From Camelus ferus (lineage: Eukaryota): a stretch of 64,000 nt of DNA. Location of the stretch: contig NC_045707.1 in NCBI RefSeq assembly GCF_009834535.1, forward strand, positions 50,842,001-50,906,000. The letters are read 5' to 3'. Below the pieces are notes generated by a model. It had not been told where the DNA came from and ran no database searches. It saw only the letters and a program-made list of their open reading frames with translations. Positions within the stretch are counted from its first letter, which is position 1; every line of letters starts with the position of its first letter. The position numbers were made by a program, and so were the translations under genes. Positions 12,780 through 24,970 of the stretch are shown here, piece after piece.

Positions 12780-13545
12780 TGGGGAAGAGAAATCAATAGA
12801 AAGGCTTCTTTGTGCAGGTGATAGAGATGGCAGTTATACTGAGCTGAATCTTGGATGATTGGTAAAATTTTATATGCAATAGGGAAGGGGTACTCCAGAT
12901 ACTGCAAATGGCATAAACTAAATCAGGGAACCAAAAGCATAGACTGTATTCAAGTGTTTGTACAATTAGACTAGGGGAGGTCACACATAAAGCTAAGAAA
13001 GGATGGGAGTCAGTTTGAAACAGGGTCTGAATTTCCACATACAGGGCTTACACTCTATTGAGTGATACAAGGAGCTGTTGGAGGGTCTAGAGAAGATGTG
13101 AATAATATGGTCAAAGCAGAGGTGTAGGAAAGTAATCAGACACTGGTGTGGCCAGACGGATGGGAGTGGTGAACTGCAGTCAGGGAGTCCACTTAGGAGG
13201 CCAGTCTTCCAAACAGATTCGAGAGTCACGACCTGAACTAGGGTCAGGGCCGTGGAAACAGGGAAGCATGGATCACTTTGGAGCCTTTGCAGTAAAAGAA
13301 TCAACAGGTCCTAGGTACCGAGGGTACATGAGGCTCGACATCGCAGGCAGCACTCAGGGATGATTTGGAGTCTGTGGGACTAATCAGTTGACAGTGTCTT
13401 TGGAAGAAAATGGGAGAAGGAGCTGTTAGTAAATATTGACCAGTGGCCAGATATGTTGGACTGGAACTTCAGAGAACAGTCAGGGTTGGAAATCATAGAT
13501 TTGGGATTTGGGAGTCATCTGCCAAGAATTTTAATTGAGACCTTG
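12780..13545 (-). mobile_element. L2 LINE fragments
   Basis: GA-rich antisense L2 phrases ('gaaaggcttctttgtgcaggtga', 'cagggttggaaatcatagatttggga'). Confidence 0.7.
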
Positions 13546-13924
13546 AGAGAAGGACTACGTAATCAGGGAAAAGGCCCAGCTTGGTTGCCGGTAAATAGCA
13601 TGAGTTTGCAGATACTCAGCAGTGTTTATGGACTCACCCCAGCGTGGAAATTGTAGAAGGTAATTCTTATTATAATTAGGCTGGTGGAGAGATTCGAAAA
13701 GAAACCTCGAAGTTTCCAGTAGATCTAAGACAGAAGAAAGTAGATCCTAGAATTGAACTAGAGATGAGCTGAAGTTACACTTAGGCATTTATCATGCACG
13801 ACTTGGGGAACGGTTGATTACCAAATGGCAAGATCTGGGACTCTTTACCATATTTCCTAAGAATTTCTGGAGCTTTGAAGGGTTTGTTTTGGCGCTCTCT
13901 TCCTAGAGATAAATTGTGATGCAG

Positions 13925-14095
13925 AGGATCAGAAGGGATTTAGACTTGGGTTCAAACTCTGGCTCTGCAGCTTAGCTAACTGTATGTTCCTGGATGGGTC
14001 AGTTGTCTTTTAACCCCTGGTTTTTCAAATACAATGAGGGCAGAATACTCACCCTGCTTGTTTCATGGGGTGGTTGTAAGAATCTAGGGTATCAT
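13925..14095 (+). mobile_element. MIR SINE
   Basis: 'agacttgggttcaaactctggctctgcagcttagctaactgtatg'. Confidence 0.8.
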
Positions 14096-14494
14096 TATAA
14101 AAATTGTAGTTTTGTTCTGTGGGAAAACAGTTGTCAGCTTTTAAGTTTATTTTCTTTGCTAAATGACCCAAAGACAAAATCAGAATAACTTTCTAAACCT
14201 TGCTCCTCTAAGCTTAAGTTTAAAATTGCAAATTATTCATAGCTTTTAAAATATATATGTATATATTGCTCTTTTGTGATTCCCTTCTGCTTTTTTAACC
14301 AAGTTTATTTTAAAAATATTTACTATGTAATTTGAATTTCTGATGTTTTCTCTTAATGTCTCTTAATTTTTCCTTCAGGATTTAATTCTGCTTTCCTAGA
14401 CACAGGTTTTCTATTTTCTTGAGTTCTCCATTTGGTACACTGTCATGTAATATGGTTCTTTGTGTATTATTACATTTTATATATTTACATTTTT

Positions 14495-14585
14495 AGTACA
14501 CTACATTTAGTATATTACATTTAGAGTATACACATTTAGTATACTACATTTAGAGATTACATACACTTAGTATATATTACAGTAA
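14495..14585. repeat. Short degenerate tandem repeat, core TACATTTAG
   Basis: About 5-6 copies of (t/c)acatttag(ta/ag) at ~14-16 bp spacing. Confidence 0.75.
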
Positions 14586-15819
14586 TATCCATTTAATATT
14601 ACTAGAAAAAATGCTGTACTTACCACTCATACTATACAATTTTATATATAGCCTTTGTAATCTCAAACATTTTAAAACCAGCAATCTGCTATTCTGGGAT
14701 TGATAAATAAAGACAAAAATAGAGAAAGAGTAATGGATAGGAAAGAAAAGAAATGCAAAATACATATTTATTTAGGGGCTGGGATTGAAGATAGCATGAA
14801 GGTAATTTTTATAATTTAAAAAAAACAACTTCACCTGAAAGTTGAGAAAGCTGTGTCCACCGCTCAGTGGTTTAGCGCCAGCTTTGAAAAACTAAACCTA
14901 AGTCTGGCTTTCATGCTTCAACAAGTACAATGAGCTGTACTGAGGCCAAGTGAACTTCCCCAGAGGCTTTGTCAGGATGTGGTGCCAGGGTTTCTGTCTT
15001 TCTTTCTTTGGCTGACAGCATGGAATGAGATCTTGCTGCTGCTACTTCCTCAGTTGGGAGAAGCAATTGCTAGAACCTGACTGGGCAGTCAAGAGACCGG
15101 AGCTGCTCAGTGGCTCGGAGGCTGTCATCTGTGGATGGCCTCCGCTCAGCTTCTCCACCTGCCCCAGATATCTCTTTCATGCTACTCCCTCAATCCCCAC
15201 TTCTCTACTCTCCACAGTGCCACTGTTCTTCAAACCCTCTCCCCTCACCACCTGTCTACATCCTTTTCATAGCCTTGTTAGGGAAATTGAAGATTGATAA
15301 CCCTCTTACCACAAATGGAGATAACTGTGGTGTGCCTGGGGGAGGCGTGTGTGGAAGCCACAGGGTATTCATTCATCCATTCTATGTTCAAGAACTATTT
15401 CTTGAGTACAGGTGTCCCCCTCCAGCACTATGTGAAAGTAGAGCATTCCTAGGAAACCCTTCCTAAACCAAAATGGCTTAAAGCAAAGAAGCAATGACTT
15501 GAGGACACATCCTGCTAATGGATGCACAAAATAAATCGAGAGACAGCACAGAAGCTCACAGACTCTGTTCAAAGCTACAGCGGCAGCTTGATGCTGAGAT
15601 GCTGAGTGTCGGGGAAAGGAGCTTGGCGGTGCCACTCCCACTGCTGGGGGGGGGGTGTGCTACCTCTGGAGGCTTACTGCAAAACAAACACTGAATGCTA
15701 TTTCATAAAAGCAAAAATCCTCTTTGGATTACTTTCATTTGCTGAAAACAAGCACTAATGCAGGTCCTTCATAAAAGCCAAGTGGTGTAAACAGAACTTT
15801 GGAAAAGCAGGGGATACCC

Positions 15820-16000
15820 GTGTCTACTTTGTGCCAGGCTCTGTTCTAGGTACAGACACCTTTCACTGGTGGAGTACAGCAGTGAAAAAGATAGGCAAAT
15901 TTCTGTGTCCTCAGGGAGCTCACATTCTACTGGGAGAAGACAGTAGCAGTAAGATCATTTCAGATAATCTAGAACGTTGCCAGGGAGAATAGAGAGTGAC
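15820..16000 (-). mobile_element. L2 3'-end fragment
   Basis: 'ctactttgtgccaggctctgttctaggt...cctcagggagctcacattcta'. Confidence 0.8.
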
Positions 16001-16176
16001 TGACTGATCACTGCATCTAGGAGAACACTGGTCAAGTTCTTCTAGGCTGTGCAAGTGAAGTATGCATAGTAAGCCTATGTTATTCACTCTGTCGTCATAT
16101 GAATTCAGCTACTGAGAATGAAAAGAAGGCAGGAAACAGAAATACGCTATAATCTCTTTTCTCCTTTCCTCTATAG

Positions 16177-19100
16177 GCGGGTAACAGTTCATGTTTGCTT
16201 CATAAATGAAGCACCTTTAAACAAATTCATATTCTGTCTGGAGTGACAGACCGCATCTTTATCTGTTCTTGCTACCCATGACTCTGTACGGATGATTCAG
16301 AAATTGGAGCAAAATATTTTACTGTGAAACTGGCACTGAATTAATCATCTGTAAAGAAGAACTTCCATGGAGCAGAACTCTATTTTTAAGGACCTGGGGG
16401 ACTTGTGGTCTCAATTAGAACTTGCAAGTGACCTTGGGAGAGAAAGCACGAGTCCCAGACTGCACGCACCATTTTGCATGCCTCCAGAAACGTCTCATCG
16501 CTGAAAAACCACATAGCTTGATTTGACAGTTACAACCTGCAGTTCATAGTTATCTTGGTCCATGCCAGTAGATTTCAGCCTGGATAGTGGGGGTTATTTT
16601 TTTTTTATCAAAGGGATCTAGAAAAAAAAAAAAAAAAAAACCAAGAACTTAGTAGCATCAGCCACTGTTCATTTAGAAAGCAGTGGGGACAAAGTGTGGG
16701 TGTAGGTGCCATATCAGCCTTAGAGCTGCTGATGGATGAATGATATGGATCTGAGCTTGGTCTCTTCCTGACACAAAGCATGCTCACCCACATCCCACTA
16801 GATGGATGGACATGGTTGGCTGATTCTGTCCCTGCAGGGAGCCAGGACTGAATTACAACAGGGAAGCCTTTGCAGAGGAGAGATTCCAAAAGCGTCATCA
16901 CATGAAGAAGCCACGGACACCGACCAGCAGGACAGTCTGCCGAGGGAGACATCTGGCACCCCTCGTGAAGTCAGCCTTTTCCCTTGACCACTATAGAGTG
17001 TATAAATCGTGCTTGCAAAATATACTACAAAATGTTTATATTCTAAAACTATTACAGAGTTATGTATGTAAAGGGACTTAGGAGAAACTGCTGAATATAC
17101 GGGGGTCCCGTTTTTGATTTCTGCTGTGGGAGAAAGTAAAAATAACTTATGATATTTAGTATCTAAGGTTAGAAAACCACACCCACACACTATGGGTGCT
17201 GAAAACTAGGTGACTTGGCTTTTACAAAAATGCAAGGAATCAGGAAACCAGTTATTTATCGTATAATCACCACTATCTGTTTAAAGGATCCATTTATTTA
17301 AAATCAGGCACTCTGTATTCATTATGGTTTATGAATTAAAAATAAAAACAGAGCTTTATGTAGTTATGCATGTCAGTTTGCTATTAAAATGTGTGACAGC
17401 ATTTTTGTCATATTGAGTGAACTTGGCAGGAATTCCCAAGATGGACATTGTGCTTTTAAACCAGAACTTAGAAGACATAAAGTGAATTTCCCTTGCCAAT
17501 TTTTTTTTTATATAGAAGGAACATCTGATAAGATCAAAGAATGATCTCTCATGGTTTATTTTGATGAGGATTCTTTTAATTGATCATGAACATACATATA
17601 AAAGAATCCAAAGCTTTCTATTTCTAACTTAATCCTTGTGATAACATCATTGCCATTTATTACTGCCATCAGATGACCATTTTCAATACAATGATACAAA
17701 AGAGCAGGAAAAACTATTACTTTTCTTTAATTTCAAAAGCCCAAGAATTTCTAGTATAGTTGGGTTTTATCTTAAGCTCAAAGCTAATCCAAATACAACT
17801 CCAGTAAGTGGCCTTTGCTCTTTTTTTTAACCAAAGAGCCCAGATGATTTCCACAACCCCTTTCTTCTCTAAAGTGCTGTGGTTCCTCAAACAAACATTA
17901 GTCATTTATCTAAGCTACAAGCCAGGCAGATGCTTTGAGAAGCTGTATTAACTTGTTCAGGCCCTCAAATATACCATGGTACAATGATTATATCTAATAA
18001 AACCAGAGATCAATTTAATTGCTGGACAGACCTTTCTCTATGTGATGTTGTTTTGAGGAAAATAGGTATAGATTCATATGAGTATGTGTGTAGGTCATGT
18101 GTAGGTTGAGAAGATTGATACTTCTCATTCTAATAGTTTGATTTATTTCACCAGTGGTTTTGATTTTCTTAGGTATGTGAAGAAGCTGCTTAATGAGCTT
18201 GAGAGTACAATAAATGTGCTTTTGCTCTCAAAGCTAGTAGCTGGGTTTTAACACTCAAGGACATGGTCCTAATCAATAGAGCTAAGTAAACAAATTCAGC
18301 AAGTTATGAAATCTGGCGTGGTAGCTGAGGGGAGATGGATTCTACCTAATTAGCTGTATGGGTTCATTGAGAGTTGTGTGGATGACCAAGTTTTTAAACA
18401 CTAAAATTAAATAAACTACACAAACAACAGAAAAATGCTGAAAATTATTTTGGATGTTAGCCGCTTGGGAATTAACAGTCATATCTGCTTTGAGATTAAA
18501 AATATATACATGTATCTTTGCTTTATTTTATCCACTATGCATTCTGAATATCCTTCATAAATCATGGAAAGCTTACAACTGACATCGTAAACCGTGAAGT
18601 CAATTTTTACATTGGTGCCATGTATCTGATAGTTCTCTTTTGTAATGTTTCTAATGTCTTTTAAAATGATCTCAGAAGCCTGCAGATTCTAAATTATACT
18701 AAAAGCTTTGCACCTCTTTGGGAGAACCCAAGTCTATAAAGAAACGGGCTCTGTGATAAACAGTGCGTGCCCAGTGATAGAGAAATGTTGCTGGATTTTG
18801 TATTATAATCTAATGTTCTTACCACACTGCTACTTCTTAGTGAGTCAGAGACAAGTTGACTTTTTTCAATACGTTAACAGAATGAGTACCCTGTTCTCTT
18901 TGAAAAGGATGAAGTCCGTGGAAAATGAAAATGTGTGATAAGTATGTCCATGATGAAATGTTTGCTTTTAGCAAGAATTAAAGTACTTTGGAGAAACTTA
19001 GTGGCATATTTTGGTACTCAAATTCAAATGAAGTTTTAAATTAACAGAAAAATTCATTCAGAATTCATGGATATTTCTTAATGCCTTTCTGCAGCTAAAT

Positions 19101-20545
19101 TTTGGTTTCAAAATGTAATTTCAGTATGGGGCCTTTGGCCATTCCCTATCTATTCTAGTTTAACTAAGAAATAAATTTTTCTGAAAGGCAGTTTGACATA
19201 GTAGGATGGATGTTGGGGGAAACGTCAGGAGCCTCCAGTCTGCCCTTAGCTGATACTGGTAAATCACTGCTCTTCTTTAGATCTCAGTGTTTTTATTTCT
19301 CTGTATGGTGAAGTCAGAGGTCATACCTTAGGTGTGAGGGAAACCTACTGGTATGTGACTGACAAAGATTTTAAAATAGAGCTGAAACTATCCCTTACAA
19401 AATGCCCAACTCTGATCTCTGTGAAGAAGCCTAAAAAGTCTGTGGTTCTTATTTGTTATGTAAATAGGGTCTATTAGCAGAAGTGAAATTCAGTCTCCTG
19501 TAAGGTGAATTGGGTAACCATTTACACAAGAGATGGCTTTTTTCCTTTGCTGAAATAAACATTTTTGGATCACCTCTGAAGAATGAAAACCAGGAGTGCA
19601 TTTTGCCTAGGAAAATTTGCTATGCGTGTAATGTTTGGAAGTGTACCAAATTAAGCATTTAAATGCTCTCATTTTATTAAAAGCCCAAAGCAGAAATGTA
19701 AGATGTTCATAAAGTTTTTAAGTGCCAAAAGACAATTTTGAATGGAAATGGGTAGACCATAAATTACGTTTTAAAATTGGAACATGAGATAAGAATTTTA
19801 AAGAAAGCCAGCTTGTCTTTGAAACAATATTATTTGGAAATTGGCATTGAAAGATAAGCATTCACATTGAAATTCCACCCAGTTCATTTGTGGTGTTTGA
19901 TCACATAATTTATGATGTTGCTGGAAACGCCTTTGTTTGTAAAGAAAAAATAATGGTACTTTTGTTTCCTAACAAGGTATTGTTTTAGAAATAATCCACA
20001 TTAAAATGGATATTCATGATCCTAAAATGCTTCCTAAGCATTGTAAATTTATAACTGCCATCTCCCATTACATCCTTTTTATGTTGTTTTTAAAAATAAA
20101 ATTGTTTAAAAAACATAGTAGTTTCAGTTACTTGATTTCTGAGCTGTAAGACTCACTAAATAAAAGTTTCCAATCAGAATATCCTATTCTCTTATATTCT
20201 AAGGATTAATGTGTGATTATAGTGTCCACTTGCCACTATTGTCAAATCAATGGACTTAAAGTATTCAGACATTTAGATGAATGCACAGATATATTGCTAG
20301 TTCAGTCCTAGATTGGAGTTTGCATATTGTCATGTATGTCAACACTATTCTAAATAGTTTTATTATGACTGAAGTTTAATTAAATAGAAAAGTTTGTAAA
20401 ATGTGATGTGTATGTGTATGTACTGTATGTGTACTTTTTAAAATAGGTATATGTCCCGATCCTTTTTTATACAGGTTTGAATTTGAAATTACATTATATA
20501 TACATATACTTTATTGTTCTAAATAAAGAATTTTATGCACTCATA
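16177..20545 (+). other. KITLG: KITLG terminal exon 10 (long 3'UTR, ~4.4 kb)
   Basis: Pyrimidine tract + TAG acceptor ending at 16176; the sequence resembles the human KITLG 3'UTR as I recall it along its length; nearly repeat-free; ends after AATAAA at 20522. Confidence 0.9.
20522..20527 (+). terminator. KITLG: Distal polyadenylation signal of KITLG (AATAAA), cleavage ~20543-20545
   Basis: AATAAA preceded by several TGTA motifs (20408-20433) and followed ~15 nt later by a CA dinucleotide. Confidence 0.85.
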
Positions 20546-21744
20546 AAATTTGCCCTGTCATTTGCTAACATGTTGAGCATTTACAAGCTAAAATCAAGGA
20601 AACATCATTAATCACGATTTTATTGTAATATGGACACAAGGAGATAAGAAATCACTTTAGTTCAGTAAGTATTGGTTTAAGTAATCAAGGAAATAGATAA
20701 GGTAATCAAGGAAGACAGAGTCGAATTAACGCAATGTTTGATCTATAACTTAGGGAGAAGATAGGAAAACCACTGTAGTCTGCATGAAGCCACGGTGAAG
20801 TAACTGCCTAAGGACAACACTGAGGTCCGGCTAATGTGCTTGGGGCATGCAAGAAGGAGAAACGGACAGGCTAGGGAGGATCCTGGAGGAGTTGGCATTT
20901 GGGCTAAGACTTAAAAGGATGAGGCAGATCTTGACCAAGGAGGAGAATTATGCCCAGCCTGAGCAGTGTTTTCCAAAGCAAGAAATCGTAAACATTTCTC
21001 AGCTGATTCCATCAAATCAAACCATTGTGTCTTGAGAAAGTAATGCATAAAGAGACGCACAGTGAGATGAGGCCAGAGCCTTGAATACCACAGCAAGGAA
21101 GGCAGACATTACTCTCACGGCCATAGGGAGCCACTGCCTGTTTCTAAGAAGAATGGAATGGAACGGCAAGATCGAACACCATTACAGCTTATATGACTTA
21201 GGTAATAAATCATCATCCTATTTAACCCCTGGTTGGTTTTGACTCTTGAGCCCACACCCTCCAGCTCTATGGCACCACACTTACTCACCCACCATTTCTT
21301 TTCCGTTTCTTTGCTGATTCTCCCTCCTCTGCTCACGCTTTGTATCGCAAACTTCCACCAACAGAAGCCTAGATGACGATAACCCCATAACTGATCACAC
21401 TCTTCCACTGTTTAGGCCCTTTTTCAATCAGTTCCTCACATAAGAGTAATACGGACATCTAATAATATTTTTCTCTGGTTAAAACACTTAAATGGTTTCT
21501 CATTAGTTTCACAATAAAACCCAAACTCCTCAACATGGTTCACAAGGCCCTTCTCCACTCATCTCATAATTTTGAGGGTGGAGGGACAGTTGCTAATTAT
21601 TTGTTTTCCCTTTTAAGCTATAAACAGCCTGAAAGCTAGGACCATGAATACTTGTATCACTGCATCCCCCCAGTTTAATACAAACAGTAATGTATGGAAC
21701 AAAATTTGATCTGAATAGATGTTCAATAAGTTAAAAGTTATTTT

Positions 21745-22075
21745 CTAAAACTTTTTTATTATGGACAATTTAAAAAATACACAAAAGCAGAATAGTGCAA
21801 TGAACCTCCATGTAACCATAACCTAGCTTCAATCTTAGTCAGCTCCTAAATGATCTTATTTGTCTCCTACCTTTATCCCTTATCCACTCCCCCTTTCATA
21901 TTATTTTTAAGCTAATATCTATAAATATTTGATCTGTAAATATATGTGTATCTCTAAACTGTAACTTTTAAAACATAACCACACTACCCTTGTCACACCT
22001 AAGAAAAACTAACAATTGTTCCGTAATATCAAAGACCCCGTAAGTATTCACACGTTGTCTAACTGCATTATACAT
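21745..22075 (-). mobile_element. L1MC/L1ME 3'-end fragment
   Basis: 'ttttttattatggacaatt...aatagtgcaatgaacctccatgtaaccata'. Confidence 0.7.
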
Positions 22076-22524
22076 TGTAATGTACTAAAATGGGGTATAA
22101 AATAAAGGTGAACGTCTCCCTTCAACATCAAAGTTAGCTCCTCTAGAGGAAAACTCTTACTTCTCGTTAACCCTCAGAAAAACTGTGTGTATACATATTT
22201 ACGCAGCACTATTCTCTAATCTTACCCTTATCTATTAGAAGAATGTGTAGCACTCTGCATCAGCCCAAATAAACCAGGAAATTATGGATGGACACTGAGA
22301 TTGTAATGTAAGGTGTGCCCTTTGGGATTTCAGTCCATAACTGGCAAAATCCAATGCACTTTCAGAACTTCTTCAAAATTTAAATGAGGCTCTTCCGAGG
22401 GTGTTTCTGCCTCTTCGGGGCCCTCTCAGTCGGTAGCTGTGTTTCCTCCATAACTGACACTAGGTTTGGAAGTGGGTTCTCTGCTCCTTATTGCTGCTTC
22501 TGGACCATTCTTTTCTTTTCCATA

Positions 22525-23415
22525 AACCCTCCCAGATTTGAATCTCATGTTTTCAGATTACAGACCTACTGCCACTTGTTGCTTTCCTGTACTAACTTCC
22601 AGGTTCTTTCCCCTCATTTCCTGATGGTGTTAGCACCTAGTTCACTATCCCTCATTCATTTGTACTCCTGTCTTAATTCTCAGGAATTTGATATACACAT
22701 AGACGATCTTTTCAACATCATGTCCTTTCAGATCTTTGAAATGTCTCTCCAGTGAGCCAGTCCTCAACACTACCCTAGCCATTTAGTCTAATTGTCATCC
22801 TGTAGGCTTTGTCATTGCCATTAACAGCAACCCATTCATATCTCAATTCCATGTATCCCAGCTCTCATCACCACTTTGCATCTTCCCCATTTACTCCTCT
22901 ATGGATTTAATTCCAGCAATCCTTTGATCCACAGGGCCTGTCAACCTATTGAGTCTACCATTTTCTGTCAATCTTTAATATCCCCTCTTCTCTCCTTACA
23001 CAAGTCAAAATTCATATCCAGCACTATCATTCTCTTGCATACACCTTTTTCTCCCTTGATCCCTCTCATTTCCTAATATTGCCTTGGTAAACAATGTCCC
23101 TTCTCAAACCCAGTTCTCCATCCACTCTGTCTGTATTTATTTGGCTAAACATGGCTGGAGTACAATACACCATCATGCCTGCTGGTTTCTCTATAAATCC
23201 CTTCCCATGAACTTCAGGTGGGTCCTAATGCTGCTCAGCAATTATACTCTATTTCCCTAATCTAGTCACTTTTCCATTCTCATAGCTTAATAGTTCATAT
23301 AATTATTTTCTCTCCCAAACCATGTACCTCATTCCCTATTCTCACTCTTAGCAACCTTGGTTACCAGTTGACCTTGAAAACTGAAAAAATAAAAGAGAAC
23401 TTCCAAAGACTCCTA
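22525..23415 (+). mobile_element. L2 ORF2-region relic
   Basis: CT-rich L2 internal sequence; ORF 22384-22755 includes 'EFDIHID', which resembles the GDFNIH endonuclease motif. Confidence 0.7.
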
Positions 23416-24049
23416 ACACCTGGCAGCTGATTTTCTGTGAAGGTGAAGAGGTTAAACTTTTGGTCCTCACTTATATAGGTCTTTTATAAGTTGCAGGAGG
23501 GGGCCTAGCAATGTATTCACATAGAAATGTATTTTTATAAAATTTGCTGTCACTTCCACTTATCTTTAAGGTATTACTTGGTGTTCTGGTGTGGCCATGG
23601 CTTCCAGTGGGAGTGATCACTGTGCCAGTTCACCTGGGCATCATGACCCAAAGGTGTAGGGTCAGAGGCTACATCAAGATGCCCTGGTGAATGTGACCCG
23701 TGGACTTGCCACCAGAAGTCTGGGTGATGGAGGAGAAACAAGGTTTAAAATGGAGTCAGAAGCTAGTTAATGGAAAATCTCACAGTCATCACAGTCACCT
23801 GTGTAAACTGATTATCGTGGAAGACTCAGGTTTCATTAATGCCTCGTCAAAACAGTAGACTTCCTCAACCAGAAAATACTCAGTAACGTAGGGTACACAT
23901 TTATAAAGAAACCATACTTTTTTTTTTTCTCCTAATGGCGAAGAAACACAATCGAATTTAACAAAACTGCCATGTTTCTAGAACCAGAAAACCTGTATGT
24001 GAGGTCACGTGTTTTAGCTTTCTCAACACATTGATCTTAAGAAGTGCAC

Positions 24050-24970
24050 CGCATTGTACATCCACCATGACAGTCTCATACAGAATTGTGTCACTGCCCT
24101 CAAAATCCCTTGTGCTTTACAGATTCAGTGATCCTCCCCTCCCCCATACTTCTGGAAACCACTGATTTTTAATTGTCTTTATAGTTTTTACTTTTTCCAG
24201 AATGTCATAGAATTGAAATCCTATAATAGAAATGAAATCCTATGTATGTAGTCTTTTCAGATTGGCTTCTTTCATTTAGCAATGTGTATTTAAGATCCAT
24301 CTATGTCTTTCATGGCTTGATAGCTCATTTCTTTTTATCACTGAATAATATTTCATTGTATGGATAGAGCATGGTTGATTTATCCATTCACCTATTAAGG
24401 ACATCTTATCTGTTTTCAATTTTCAGTGATTATGAATAAAGCTGTCAAAAACATCCAATTTTTTGTGGACATAAGTTTTCAAACAATTGGGTAAATACTT
24501 AGAAGGGTAATTACTGGACTATATGGTAAGACTGTTTAGGTTTGTAAGAAAACGCAAACTGTCATCTAACATGGCTGTACTATTTAGCATTCCCAGCAGC
24601 TATAGAGTGAGAGGTCCTGCTGGCTGGCAATTGTTATTGTCAGTTGTTGTTGTTTTTTTTTTTAATTTTAGCTATTCTAATAGGTAGGTAATAATATATC
24701 ATTATTGTTTTAATTTGCAGTTCCCTGATGACAAGAGAGCATCTTTTCATATGCTTATTTGCCATCTGTATATCTTCTTTGCTCAGATGTCTTCTCAAAT
24801 CTTTTGTCCATTATTTTTAAATTGGACTGTTTTCTTATTGTTGAATTTTAAGAGTTCTTTGCATATTTTAGATACAAGACGTCTATTAGAAATCTATTTT
24901 GCACATATTTTCTATCAGTCTGTGGCTTGTCTTTTCATTCTCTTAACAGTGTCTTTTGCAGAGCAGCTGC
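24050..24970 (-). mobile_element. L1MC-type ORF2 end / 3'UTR fragment
   Basis: 'ttttcagattggcttctttcatttagcaatgtg', 'catcttttcatatgcttatttgccatctgtatatcttcttt'. Confidence 0.9.

Noticed and set aside
16608..17190. Antisense ORFs of 114 and 130 aa in the 3'UTR
   Set aside because: No recognisable domain, splice or promoter support; lengths expected by chance
20344..20358. ACTATT-CTA-AATAGT tri-loop hairpin as a Roquin decay element
   Set aside because: Loop is not pyrimidine-purine-pyrimidine and the stem is weak
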